Positions 13,901 through 26,899 of a stretch of 64,000 nt of DNA are shown one piece after another. Each line of letters opens with the position of its first letter. The stretch's first letter is position 1. The stretch comes from Cenococcum geophilum (lineage: Eukaryota), in NCBI GenBank assembly GCA_050273025.1, contig CP158636.1, positions 6,944,001 through 7,008,000 of the forward strand. The letters are read 5' to 3'. The notes under the pieces were generated by a model, which was not told the DNA's origin, searched no databases, and was given only the letters and a program-made list of their open reading frames with translations. Position numbers and translations under genes: made by a program.

Positions 13901-16587
13901 AAGTCGCTATTGCGTATACGTTACGAGTAGTCTAGAAGACTTAACTTTGGAGTATAGATTAGCCTTCTTTTTAGAGTTGCTCCAGTGTCGGAATATTAGT
14001 CACGTAACGTAGTTATAGGACTACGAAGTAAGACTAACTGTCTGACCTTGGAGCAACCCCTTTCTTCTAGATAACAATTAACTACCAACTTTAACACCGC
14101 ATACATACCACTATAAGTGATATTCGTACACGTTAATAAAGCGAGTATACCGACAATAAGGCGAATAGTTATTAATTAGGGCAAATAAATCCTTTTTCTA
14201 GGTGCTCTTTAAGGTATTATTATATTATAAGTAGCTCTTTTTATAATATACCGTATAATGAGCCGAACTTTAGCGTTATACTAGGTTTAAGTTCTATCTT
14301 AAAATCGTGCTTATCTTAATACGGGGGTAGTTAGTTTATAAATCGTTTTTTAAACGTATTAATTAGATTATAATATTCTTTAGGTATAAGAGGTCGGGGG
14401 TTAATATATTGCTTTAGTTCTAACGCCTTCTTAATATCTTTTAGTATTATAGTAAAGATTTTATAGTCTTATTTTCTTGCTAATAAATAAAAGGGTGCGG
14501 CTTATATTATATAAATTTTAAGGGGTTTTAATATATTATTTTCGCATTCTTTACTATAATTAGTAACTTTATTATATTAGTTTAAGGTTTATAGTAAGGG
14601 TAATTTGTATTATATTAAATTTAAATAGTTATATACGTATTTATAGGGCAAATGGTATTTTAAATAATAACTTTAGCAGTAGGTTATACGGAATTTTAGT
14701 GTTTCTTTAACCCAGCTAATTAAAGGGTTGTGTTGTTTTAGCTATTTATATCTAAGTATTACTTTATAATGCCTTAAGGGTGTTATAAATAGGGAAATAT
14801 ATTTAAGGTGTTTGCCTATTTATATCTTTATAAGAGCATAGTGCGTTAGTTTACTGTGTATTAAAGGCTTGCTATTAAAGCCTTATTGGCCTTAAGGCTT
14901 ATTAAGTTTCTTTAAATTTAAGCGTTAAGTTTTTGTGTAGTTTGTATTAATAAAGCCTATATTAGTAGCTCCGCTATCTATAAGGATTTGTACTTCCTTC
15001 TATTTTTTAAGTATTTAAATTTCGCTAAGTATATTAAGAGAGTTGTGTCGTGTATTAGCGCTAAAAGAGCCTAGATATTTATACTCTTTTACTTCTTATT
15101 CTAAGGCGTAACTTAGCCCTAGGACGATTTATTTTCTAAGTTAATTAAAGGTAAGATGCTTTATAGCGACCGAGTATAATTTATGGAATAAGTATAATTT
15201 ATAAAATAAGTGCGACTTAAGAACTAAAAGGAGCTACAGCAGACCTTTTTAAAAGGGTAAGTTTAGTAATCCCTTTAAATATATCCCTTCTTTCTATATT
15301 TAAAATATTCTCTATTTACGGCTTATATTCTTTATTTATTAGTTCCTAAGGGTGTATAGAATTAAGTGGCGTTAAGGTCTATAGGGTTATATATAGGGCT
15401 TTTAGGTCTTAGAGACGGATCCCGCTTTAGAGTATATATTAGTTTTATAAAGTTTTAGACGTAAGATGTAGTTAGCTTTAGAGAATAAGTCTGCTTATTA
15501 TATTGGAGGTCTTTATTAATTTATTAATATATTATAGCAAATTCGGGTAAATCTTTTGGCAGTTCTCTGCCTACTAACTATACTCTAATTTTATCTAAAA
15601 TAGCTTAATAGAAAGCAATAACTCTAGCGGCTTTATTCTAATCTAGTTTATTAATAAGGCCTAAAAATTCCGAAAAGAAGCTGGTAAAGTCTTGGTTCCA
15701 TTATCGTAGGTTTTTAAGTTTAGTAACAGCTATATGTTTACGGCTAGCGTTATTATATATTTATTTTAATAGAGAGATAAATAATTTAAAATTAATAAAG
15801 GTGCCGTTATAGAAGAATAGGTCTATAGTTTATATAGCGTCTTTACTTAAATAAAATATTCTATAGCTAATCTTGCTAGCTTTAGTAGGGTATTAGTTAT
15901 AGTTTATTAAAAGTTTAAGACAGAGCTTAGTTATAAAGGGACGTAGGTTATTTTAATTTCTATTAAATATTAGAGGGTTAGGGAGCTTTTTAGATTCCAT
16001 AGTAAGTACTAGGTTTATTATAGGTATGGGTTAAGCTGCTATTACTAGTGTAGGGTTTATATTTAATGGGTTAGGTTTATATATAGTTATTTTAATTTTA
16101 TTTATAGGTGTTATTATTAGGGTTTCTAACGCGAGTACTTTGGCGTTATAGAGTTCTTTATATATTACTTTAATTAATTACTAATACTAAGCTTCTAGTA
16201 TAGTTTGTTATTAGGCTAAGGCATCTATAAAGGACTATTATATTATAGTTATTTGTTCCCTAACTAGGGCTATAATAGTTAATATAGCGGATTTAAGTTT
16301 GTTTACTATTTTAAGGGTATTAATATTAATATAATGTAATATAAGGGCGCGAAGAGACTTTAGGGAAGATTTAGAGGAATAATATAAATTTTATCTAAAT
16401 CTAAGGTATATAGCTCTTGCTAAGAATAAGAGAATTATATAATTAAATAGTTAGGGGCTTGGTGGTTAATGCGTGCGTATATATACACGCAGTCTTTAAC
16501 GGATTTTAGTAGAATTTAATTAATCTAGCGGAATTTGGTTAAAGCGTTGGAATTTATCTATTAAGTATTTTACTAAGATATTTCTAC

Positions 16588-18213
16588 TATAACTGGGCTA
16601 GTCCCGTTATAGTAAGCCGAGTATAAGTTATAAGGAGAGTTAATAAAAGAGGACGATATGGTAATAAAGGTAGGTAATAGCCTTATACAGAGACGAACTA
16701 ATAGGGGAGAAAGGAGGCTATAAGCCTAAAAAGCTTATAAGGGGTGGCTAAGGCCTAGCCGAAGGTTAGCCTTAGTAGCCCCTAAGAGCTCCTAGAATAT
16801 AGCTAAGTAAGGGACTAAAAATACCCTTATATTGCCCCCCCCTTAGTTAGGGCTAGCCCCTAGCCCATATACCTAAATAAATAAATTTCTATATATAAAG
16901 GAAGGTAAGTAATATAAAAGCCTTGCTCGTATAGAAAAATAGGGGAAAAGACTAGCTAAGTAGCTTTAATAAAAACCTTAACCTATAGCTAAAACCTAGT
17001 GGGAAAAAGGGCCTATTTTAGGTAGGAAAAGAGCGTCTGCTAGTAGGGTAAGACTTAATTATATGCGATTAATCTTAAAGGGATAATCGCCTGCGATTAA
17101 GCCTTAATAGCTCTATAGCTAACAGCTAGATAGTCTTTACTTAGAGCTAGCTTAATTGCAAGAATATCCCTTATATTACCCCCCCTTCTTATAGTTAGCC
17201 CCCTCCGTTAGGAAAAAATTTAGCAGCATTTAGCCAGCATTTTTAGCATTTCGTAGCATTTCGCAGCATTTAAAACAGACTATACGTATTAAGTAGCATT
17301 TAGGCAGCTATATATATATAGCTGCCTAGATACTACTTAATGCGTATAGTCTGTTTTAAATGCTGCGAAATGCTACGAAATGCTAAAAATGCTGGCTAAA
17401 TGCTGCTAAATTTTTTCCTAACGTCTATTACCTTATAGTAGCGGGAGATTATAAAGGGCTTGTCCTAAAAGGGGTTTAGAGAGATATTAGTATTTAACCG
17501 CAATAGGGTTTTATAAGCTTTTAAAGTAAGCTAGAGCTTTTAGAGTAACTAAAGCTATAGAGATAATTGTGTAGGATTTTTAAGCTGCTGCTATATTTTT
17601 TAGGCAAGCTATAGCTCTTAATATAAGCTAGAGCTCTTAGAGCAACTAAAGCCTTATAGAAAGATAATCGCGTAAGATTAAGATAAGCTTTTAAAGCTAT
17701 AGCTATAGCTAAAGGATAGTATTTAACTGTAATAGGATCTCTTAAGTTAAGCTTATAACTTTAAAAGAGATAATTACGTATAATTAAGTCTTAGTAGCCC
17801 TATAGCTAATATCCGGAGAGTCTCTAGGTTAGGCTATAGCCCTAAGATAAGCTGTAGCTCTTAGACGAGCTGTAGCTCTAAGAGACAACCGCCTGCGATT
17901 TAGTCTTGGTAGCCCTTAGGCTGACAGCCAAAGAGTCTCTAAGTTAGGCCGTAGCCCTTAAGCGATTGCGAACAATCTAAGAGCTGTGGCTCTTAAAGTA
18001 AGCAGAAGCTTATGAGACTACCTATAATCTTAATAAGCCGTAGCTCTTAAACGAGCCGTAGCTCTTAGACAAGCCGTAGCTCTAAGAGATAATCGCCTGC
18101 GATTTAGTCTTAGTAGCCCTTAGGCTAACAGCTAGAGAGTCTGTAAGTCGGAGCTATAGCTCTATAAAAGATTATATAGGATCTTTAAGCCGCCGCTATT
18201 CTCTTAGGCAAGC
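16588..18213. repeat. Degenerate repeat tract (GCCGTAGCTCTTAG and GATAATCGCCTGCGATT motifs), possibly the long 5' LTR of G1; resumes briefly at 21479
   Basis: Motifs recur many times; the tract starts TATAAC (RIP of TGTAAC). Removing the Fot1 element restores AGGCAAGCTATAGCTCTT, which also occurs at ~17602. Confidence 0.55.
17206..17423. mobile_element. 218-bp near-perfect palindrome (foldback/MITE-like)
   Basis: Runs CGTTAGGAAAAAATTT...AAATTTTTTCCTAACG, centred on a (TA)n run; arms differ only by transitions; TC on both flanks. Confidence 0.75.
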
Positions 18214-18325
18214 TAACGTGATCGGTAAGTATCCTGGCCACGTAAGTATCCTGGCCACCCTACCAAAAATCGCGAAATACGTGACGCGTTACTCAACCAC
18301 GAATAATTGTATTTAGTGTAGCTAT

Positions 18326-19947
18326 CTACTGGCTATTTATTTGACGTCTAGGGCACGTACATGCATTATGTTCTGTTGATTTGCACATGCTACACTTGCG
18401 CATTACCCGTTGCGGTCGCTCAGCCACTGCCTCTGCTGCCCTTTCCTGGGCAGCTTGTGCCCAAGAAGCCCCTTCTGCTCCTAATAGAACACCTCCCCTA
18501 GCTATATACGTGCGCCGCTGTGCCTTTTTCTTTTTTTGGCGCCGGTTCTCTATACGTAGCTTCTCATTTTCGCTTGCAAGTAGTACAGCGCTTAACATTG
18601 CCATTTCGCACCCCTTAATAAGCTGGCTAAGGGCTTGTCCTGCTGGACTTAGTGGGCTATATATACGCTGTTTAAGATAACGCTTTAGTAGGGCCGTCTG
18701 CTGTTATAGTTTAGTAATATTATAGGGTGTCTTAGCTGTCCAGGATGCATTTAATTGCAGATATTAGGGTAACGGCGTCCGATACTTAGTGTGTAGCTGT
18801 GCTAATACGCGATTAGGGCTATATAGAATTAGGCCAGTAGCAGCGAATTCTGCCTGTATATTATTCTGATATAGTACTATTTGCCTAGCCTGCCTATATA
18901 GTGGCAGAAATTCGCGTTTATTAATGTGATTAATACTATAGCCTATAATCTGTTAAACGAGGCTTCTGTATAAATGCTTAAGGACTAAGAAACAGCCTAT
19001 ATCTAGCGGCTGTAGTAAATGGGACAAATGCGCTGGCATACAGAGGACGACTATTTAATAATCTAGGCAGAACCGATCAAATTTAGGCGATACGTAGCTA
19101 TTGTGGCCATCTAGTACTAGTAGCCGATACGTGCTAACTGTGCGAACCTTTATATGCTTATTAAAGACCTCTATTAGCTAGGTTAGGCCAATCTCATTTA
19201 TTGTTTAGCCGTTATTACTAACACTAATTAACCAGTTGTGTAGTATAATATTGTCCTTATACTAGGCAGCCTAGTGCATTATTACCTTAAAGATAATAAG
19301 TGGTGGAATTGCAACCCCTAGGGCATTAATAGCTTTAATAATTGTAACCCATTCTTAATTGCCTGGCTATACTATTCTAGGACGGCTAGCACAGTTAGTT
19401 CCAGTAATAACTTTTGCGGTTATAATAACACCTATTTAAAAGCCAGTCTCGTTAAAATTCTATATTCTATCTTTATATCTTAAACGCGTTTAAACTAGGC
19501 CTAAATAAGCACAGGATCCTCACATTTAGCACGCTAATAGTCGTACTTGCGATTATATTTAGACTATAGGTCGTTATAGCGCTTAATAAAATTATATACC
19601 CATTTTTCACCGACTAGTTATAGGGTAGCTAATCCGGTATACTGGGTAGCTAGGAGACTAGCTATCTACCATACGGTAGCAATCCTAGGTGGCATACCGC
19701 GTTGATCTATTAATAGAATCCACTGCTTAAGACTCTCTTCTTGTGCTAGTGTAAGACGGTGATTTGGTCCAACAGAATCGCGTTTTAGTTTGATGCCTTT
19801 AACGCGTAGCTAGGCAGTGCTCTAGGGCACATCGTACGTGCTAGTGGCGGCTCGGAAACTTGAGAATTGGCCCTGCTTGTAGGCTTAGATAGCTAGATTA
19901 AGTCTACCTTCTTAAAAAAGGGCTTCTTGTTATCGTGGCGTGGCCAT
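18326..19947 (-). pseudogene. Fot1/pogo transposase (HTH, CENP-B HTH, DDE_1, C-terminal zinc knuckle)
   Basis: De-RIP translation: N-terminal ..FRAAASTYDVP.ST, NFDETGF, LVLDGHNS, HLSHLLQPLD; C-terminal CSMCKSTEHNACTC in ORF 18326-18604. Confidence 0.92.
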
Positions 19948-20019
19948 TAAGGTGGTAGTTGAGTAACGCGTCACGTATTTCGCGATTTTTGGTAGGGTGG
20001 CCAGGATACTTGCGTGGCC

Positions 20020-21447
20020 TTGTCTCAGCATGCTTAGACCACATGGGACGCCGGATAAATCCGGCCCGATGGCACTAAACCAGTTTAGGCCATCTGTCCC
20101 TGTGTGGTCTGAGACACTTTGGCAGACGTTTATAAAGCACGTCGCGATATCCATATAGCTAATATTACGGATATTCACTTCTTATTCTTACGATAAGTTT
20201 AGGCAGCTTAAAAAATCCATCAATTATATACTAGGCTCCGGCGAATTAAATGGTCTATATAAGAAGTCTCCCTACCTTCCCGTTCCTGACATTAATTTTA
20301 AAATAGCCGTGACGCGGTTTACTAAAGTAAACAATCAGCAATATCCGCACTAATAACGCGTTAATCTTAACCACCTACTCTTTATCTATTATATCTATAA
20401 TCCAATAATTAAAACCTATTAAGATTTATCTATTATAACATATTTAAGTCCTCCCTACCTTTATCTAACCCTCTATTCTCCCTCTGCTGCTTTTAAGCGC
20501 TATCTATTAATACCTCTATTAAAGCAAATAAGGTAAAGAGGTTATAAACTATAAGCCAGTTAAGCAGATTAATAAGCTAGCAGTACACAATAGGCTAGGG
20601 ATTATATTAAAATAGATTCCTAGCGGTCTTTACGGCTATATAGCCTACAGAGGGAGCTACCCTAGCTTATAAGCAGCTCTTATAAACTTCAAATAAGCAA
20701 GCTAGATAAAGCTATTACGGAGATATATCCGTACCGCGGTCATACGGAGCAGCTCGAGGCCCTAAGGGTACTAATATTTGAGCGGCGAGATCTCATGCTT
20801 GTGGCAAAGACGTCTTTTAGCAAGAGTATAATAATACAAGCACTACCATGTCTTGTACCTAATGCAGTTATTATTATTATTCTTCCACTTAACGCGATTA
20901 GGTTAGAGTAAGTAAAAAAGATTGTAAAGCTACCTTATATTTGACCTGTTTATGTGTGGGAGAAAACAATATCCGCCGAGCTGATTAAGGATATCCGCGG
21001 GGGTGGGACAAGACGGCTGATGCCCTCGGGCACTATATCCGCTGTATCTCTTGATCCTCCAGCGGTATTGGTTAATAGAGAGGGTAGTTTATTATTAAAA
21101 GCTTGAGAAGACTGGCTCCTGCTAGACGAAATAGAGGGGTTTCTTCGACGCCTTTTAGATGCGCCTATGGCTGGCAGTTGGTTCTGGAAAATCCATTAAT
21201 TAGAGAGCTGATTAAGGCAATTCTAATGCAGGTATTGACAGGATAATAGACGTGGCGGTTGCTTACATTAATTTCGTTAAAGTTAATGGTTTGCCTTATA
21301 CAAACAGACCGGCTTAGCTTCTAAAAGCTTGCCAAAGTGGCTTAGACTAAGAAACAGATGGATCGATCGAATAGGTTAGCTTGCGGATATTCGATTATCC
21401 GCGCAGCGGATATTTATCGGTTTCTTGGTCTGAGCATGCTGAGTTAA
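20020..21447 (+). mobile_element. Non-autonomous AcademH-like TIR element, 1428 bp
   Basis: 9-bp TSD TGCGTGGCC (20011-20019 and 21448-21456); TIRs TTGTCTCAGCATGCTTAGACCA versus reverse complement TTAACTCAGCATGCTCAGACCA; contains a RecQ-like helicase fragment. Confidence 0.75.
20630..21000 (+). pseudogene. N-terminal fragment of a RecQ-like SF2 helicase; ends approximate
   Basis: EQLEALRVLIFERRDLMLVAKTSF(G)KS...IILPLNAIG.EQ, i.e. Q motif, Walker A (20804-20827) and motif Ia. Confidence 0.8.
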
Positions 21448-21502
21448 TGCGTGGCCAGGATACTTACCGATCACGTTATAGCTCTTAACGAACTTATCAC
21501 TC

Positions 21503-21617
21503 CCATCCGCCCTTGACCCTACCTTGTGAAAAACACATCTTCCAGAGCGGGATTCGCTTCCATCCGCCCTCGGCCCTACCTTTTGAAAAACATATCTTCT
21601 AGAGCGGGATCTGCTTC
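21503..21617 (+). repeat. 57-bp direct tandem duplication
   Basis: CCATCCGCCC...CCCTACCTT.TGAAAAACA.ATCTTC.AGAGCGGGAT occurs at 21503 and 21560. Confidence 0.85.
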
Positions 21618-21635
21618 AATTAGATATTAGCTATA

Positions 21636-22071
21636 ACGTACTCTACAAGCGAGCTGCCACCCTAAGCGAGCCGCCACCTTTAAAACCTTACCAAAAATTA
21701 GAAAAATCGCACCTTAATATCTTAACAACCACTCAATAATAAATTCTAATAATTTGGATTTAGACTTTTATATATACTCTATAGCTTCTATTAAATTTAT
21801 ATAGTAAATAGTTTAATAGTTTTTAAGATATAGTAGAATATAGGATTTTAGCCTTATTTTAGCCCCTAAATTTTAATATTTTAAAAACTATATATTTATT
21901 TACTATATAAATTTAATAAAAGCTATAAAGTATATATAAAAGTCTAAATCCAAATTATTAGAATTTATTATTAAGTGGTTGTTAAGATATTAAGGTGCGA
22001 TTTTTCTAATTTTTGGTAAGGTTTTAAAGGTGGCGGCTCGCTTAGGGTGGCAGCTCGCTTATAGAGTACGT
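21636..22071. mobile_element. Foldback MITE of the Fot1/pogo type, 436 bp
   Basis: Ends ACGTACTCTACAAGCGAGCTGCCACC / inverted; arms of ~190 bp around a short spacer; TA TSD at 21634-21635 and 22072-22073. Confidence 0.9.
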
Positions 22072-22639
22072 TAGCTAAATAATAGTTAAGCGCCATTAAT
22101 ACATATTTAAAGAGCTACTTTACTACGCTTTAGATAGAGTATCTCTATCTAAAGGACTGGGAATTTCTTTATACGACTAAGGTATTCCTTTAACTATTTT
22201 ATTAAGTAACCTTAAAAACTTAGGGAGACTACGCAACAATTAATAGAGTACTCTTTACTATAGATATTCTTATTAATATAAAAGGCCAATTTAACTAGAA
22301 CGTATAATTATCTAATTAACAGTATTACTAGTAAGTAGAAGGTAAGTCAAAGGTATATTAAAGGTAAGTAGAAGGTAGAATAAGTTTTTATATATTAAAG
22401 GACAATTACTTCTAACCACTTCTATTTAGAGACTAATCGCTAGTTCTTCTCTAAAGGGGAACTAGCTTCCTATATATTTCTTTTAAAACACTAATAAAAC
22501 CTTTTGCCCTTAACCTATTTAACTATATCTTCTAGAATATAGATAGGATATAGATAAAACCTCCTACCGTCTTATTGCATTGGGAAAATATTCGCAGGAT
22601 GAGATTTAAGTAGACTTTGTTTTTCGCGTTTCGCGTAAT

Positions 22640-22950
22640 TGATATGCAATTTAACCAACTTAATACGCAATTAACTAACTTAATACGCAATTAATTAACT
22701 TAATATGCAACTTAACCAACTTAACATGTAATTAACTAACTTAATATACAACTTAACTAACTTAATACGCAATTAACCAACTTAATATATTTAAAAGTTA
22801 AATAACACGCAGTTGACCTACTTAACAACTTTAAAAGCTAACTATATATTCCTTAACATGCAATTAACTAACTTAAAATTTAAATAATATGCAGTTAACC
22901 AACTTAATAACTTTAAAAGCCAACTGCATATTTCTTAACATGTAATTAAG
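22640..22950 (+). repeat. Left subterminal array, 20-bp unit TTAACCAACTTAATACGCAA
   Basis: Directly visible tandem units that degenerate rightwards. Confidence 0.9.
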
Positions 22951-23059
22951 GTAATGTAATATATTATTTTAAAGTTGTATACCAATTGCGCAAATGAATT
23001 TTTACTATTTTTTTAGCCTATAGTATACTAGCTTATAATATATATTAGGATCAAAATAA

Positions 23060-23140
23060 TTTTATATAATCTTATATAATCTTATATAATCTTATACAAT
23101 CTTATATAATCTTATATAGTCCTATATAGTCTTATATAGG
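23060..23140 (+). repeat. 10-bp tandem repeat (CTTATATAAT)n downstream of the Plavaka gene
   Basis: Directly visible. Confidence 0.85.
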
Positions 23141-23149
23141 TTCTATACT

Positions 23150-26100
23150 AGCTTAGCTGCTTTTACTATTTATCCTAGCTTCTATATAATAACGCAATAC
23201 AGGTTCCTTCTTTAAGAAAGTTGTCTAAGTATAGAGTATTATATTGGTCCTAATTAATATAATTATTAATATAGTACAAATCTGGACAAGAAGTAGCGGC
23301 TAGAATAATATACGCGCTTCGTAGAATAGATGGTATTAAATAAAAGTGACCACCTCCAAGTACTTGCCTAGTATTTACGCTTGAGCGCGGCCACCTTTTT
23401 ACCTTAACTATGCCGTATATTAGATGCGGCAGTCCATAATTTAATGGCTGAAGCAGCTCTACTATAGCTCCAGTATATTATATGTATACACCATACTTAT
23501 CTAACCTTTTAATATCTAGAATAGTAATAATTAGCTAAAGCTAGCCTATAAGTCTTCTACCTAACAGTGTGCGGCCCTTTCTAATATGGTTGTCGTTATC
23601 TATATACTCTTAGACCCATACGTAATTACGCCTCTACTAGTTAAAACATTGCCAATCTAGTACGCAACGTACTACCTCACTAATTTAGGCCTTAAGGTTA
23701 GTTATATTTTTTCTGTCTCGTTTTTAATAGCGGATAGATAGATATATTTTAACAAGTAGGCGCTTAACCTATAAAGGATTCTTCTCTTTCTAGTCCATAT
23801 TGGAGTTCTAGGCACATTCGCCTTATAATTTTCGCCTATACTCTTAGACAAATACTATAATGCCGTTTAGAAACCCTAGGATTTTGTAGTAGTTTGCTAT
23901 ATAAGATATATAAAGCCACGTCTTTAACCTAAGACACCTCTAAACAAGATCCGTTGCCCTATTTATATCTTCTAAAGGCCACTAAAGCTTTATAACTGCT
24001 AAATACTATATTAGTTAAGTAACCTATACCTCTAGACACTAAGAAGACTATAGTACAGAATTACTATTTATAAAAGCTATTTCGTCTTCTATTACTAGTA
24101 CTGCTATCCATCTTGAATTGTAAGAGTAGATTTAAGATAGCGAATCCCGTTTATTTATTAAGTTATAAAACGCCTTAATAATATAACGGTGTCTAGCTTT
24201 ACCATTTGCGCCAGTGTAGTACCTATCTGCGCATCCGTATAGGTAGATATTTTCCTTAAAATGTACAAGGGCATAGAATTTTGGTATATTAAAATGGCCT
24301 ATATTAGAATCCTTTGCCTTTAAACGGAAACTTTAAAACACGCCTTTAAGCATATTAATTTAATATAGGGCATGGTACATATATTATAGTGTCTCCTTAT
24401 TATAGGTATAATACTAAGCTATAATAACGAAGTTATATATAGCTCTTATAAAATGCATAGTATATAATTCCCTAGACGACAGTAGTGGGGCTAGTATAGT
24501 AATAAGTTAATAAACCATGGCTTTTTATTTATTATCTGTCTATTAAGTAACTTTACTAAATAACAGATTATTAAACCGTTTTAGCCCTATAAAAGCCAGG
24601 ACTTATTTAAAACGCTAATTAAGCTAAGCCTCCGCAGATATATTTATTGTGGTTATCTTCATCCCTCTTCTCTTTCTTTTTAGCTAGATAACATCACCTA
24701 CTAGTTTCCGTACCCATTTAATAAGTTATATAACAATACCCTTTAGAAGCTAATATAGAATATCTACTATTATGCCCTTATGGATGTTAAATAGGCAATA
24801 GTGCTATATAAAACATTCTACTAGGTATACCCAGTTATCTAAGGATAGAAGAATATTCTCTAGTTACTAGCGTTTAATTTATCTTCTTATCTCCTTATAG
24901 GTGCGTAGCGGGTATTATTTCTTAGTTAAGTTCTTACGCTTTAAAGGGGGGACCTGGCATATAGTATAGTGCTATTAGCTTTTAATACCTATAAGCAGTA
25001 CTTATTCTTTATAGTCTGCCATTATTCTATATATAATTAGATAACATTATCACATAAAATTATCCGTATATTAAAGGTCTATGCCGCTTTCTATAAGATG
25101 CTTAATTACTATTATATTTTAGTTTATAAAATATAGCGTTAGAATACTAAAGCAGGACTTACATTTAAGTATAATTCTCATTGCCTTATAATATGCTTTA
25201 CTTTTTATATTATTATTCTTTTCTTTAACAACTGGTATAAAACCAACAAGAATATTTACAGGGGATATCTATCGGCGTCAGACTTGTTAGTTAAAATTAC
25301 CGATAGTAAGATATACCGGCTAGGCCAATTTATTACCATAGTGTATTATTAGCTAGGTCTTATTAACTGCTATAAGTATAGGAACTACTATAGCACCGCT
25401 AGGAACCTTGCCTTATATCTTTTACTACTAGTCACCGCTATATAGCTTATTATAGACTTAGTGGTTATTAGCATTATAGAGTCTCTTTAGTATATATGCC
25501 AGTGTATCTTTAAAGGGTTAATAGCCAATTAGAAAGGTAATTATATTTATAATATCCTAGTAAAAAATATAGTATTTCCTCTACTTAGAGCCTTTAATAT
25601 TTAATTCTACCTTACACTCTAATCAGAGCTATTGTTCGTCTTATATACCAAATAGAATAGCAGTAATTAGTTCCTCCTATTAATTTATAGATTAGAAGCT
25701 AAGTAGGCCATAAAGTGGGCTAAGGCGGGTATTTTTAAGCAGTGCGTTAACGTCTCCCTTTATATAGCAAATGCGGTACAGCCATATTAAAAAGGCGTAA
25801 TTAAACTCTAAATAAAAAGGATTATATAGTATACTTTAGCTATTATTGTGTTATTATATAGTAATATCTAAAATTGTCTGGTTAACTTACTATATATTAT
25901 TATTAGTCTCACACGAAATTAGTTCACCCGCCTTTATATTCTTAGTTGCTTTAAATATCTCTACTTTAAATAATAATAATAACAATAGGACGCTTTTCTA
26001 ATATGGTATACCGTATAAAGGCACCAGGTAGGCATTTTACTCGTATTCTACCACCACTAAAGCGTACTCGTCAGTATCCGTATTTATACTATCTAGTTAT

Positions 26101-26330
26101 AATTACGCGTTATCTAACTAGTTAGAGTAGTAGAATTAATCGCGAATTATAAGTAGTTGGGCTGTAATAAACGTGCGAGTGTTATATTTCTCTTCACGTA
26201 TTTTTTTATAGACGTATTAGTAGCTAGGTAGCCGCCTTTTATAGCACTATAGGTATTAGTAAAGGCCGCTATAACTTTTAGGGGTATAAGAACACTATAG
26301 ACAGCTCCGCTACATTATTGCTAATTATAT
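23150..26330 (-). pseudogene. Plavaka-family transposase with N-terminal C2H2 finger; ends approximate
   Basis: De-RIP translation near 25600-25230: FYRDIVDVITFLIGHQPF...RVYNELHSGDWWWEMQGKVPSGATVVPILVAVDKTQLTMHHGDKSAWPVYLTIGN...ILVGFIP. C2H2-like CLRC...SGLHRHLQRH near 26300. Confidence 0.88.
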
Positions 26331-26899
26331 ATTAAATAATATAGTATTGTTTTTAGGCGTAAAGAGTATATATTATAGTACTAACGGTTAATTGCCGGTA
26401 TTTAATCTAAGTGGCTTGGCTTTATAGCTGCTAAGAGTATACCTCTTATTTTCTCGCTAGAACTAGTTATACTAAAGCGTAAGTATAACTAGCTTAACAC
26501 CGAGTTTAAGGACTTAAGAGTCTAAGGTAACTAAACTAGACGCTAAAGCGTAAGTATAACCAGCTTAATACTAAGCTTAATACCGAGTTTAAGGACTTAA
26601 AAAAGTCTAAAGTAGCCAAACTATAAACTAAAGACTTAATAGTACCTAAAAAACCTTTATCCGTCTAAACAACAATATATAGTATTCTTAGGCGATGGCT
26701 ATAGGACTATAGCTACGGCGAAGATATTATTTACCACTAATATTACAGAGCCTAATAATATTAGCTATCCGGACCTGCGATTCCATTATTTCTATATAAG
26801 CCGTAGTAAGAAAAAAGGGAGAATTAAGGGTAGTGCTAGTTAAGTTAAGATAACTAAATAAGTTAGTACTTAGAACTATAATATCCGGTCTTAGGTATA

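Larger units (their letters stand above)
7894..14155 (+). mobile_element. Full-length Copia (GalEa-like) element B
   Basis: 170-bp LTRs at 7894-8063 and 13986-14155 (TGTCGG...CCGACA); perfect TSD ATAAG (7889-7893 and 14156-14160); splits the Gypsy G1 RT. Confidence 0.95.
199..16587 (-). mobile_element. Ty3/Gypsy LTR retrotransposon G1 (RIP-inactivated), split into 199-511, 6512-7893 and 14156-16587 by Copia insertions
   Basis: Minus-strand de-RIP translation gives gag (~15300-16330), protease, RT (LRFCVDYRALN...YIDDILIY), RNase H (DSSD...ESNYEIYDKELLAII) and the integrase HHCC region (AGHPG...YYWP...C..C) in Gypsy order. Confidence 0.9.
18216..21476 (-). mobile_element. Fot1/pogo (Tc1/mariner) DNA transposon; right TIR interrupted by an insertion
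   Basis: TIR ACGTGATCGGTAAGTATCCTGGCCACG at 18216, inverted copy ending at 21476; TA TSD at 18214-18215 and 21477-21478; inner part of the right TIR at ~19955-20019. Confidence 0.93.

Noticed and set aside
22640..22950. CRISPR-like appearance of regular repeats (also 8100-8410 and 27950-28272)
   Set aside because: Head-to-tail repeats with no unique spacers, no cas genes and a fungal context.
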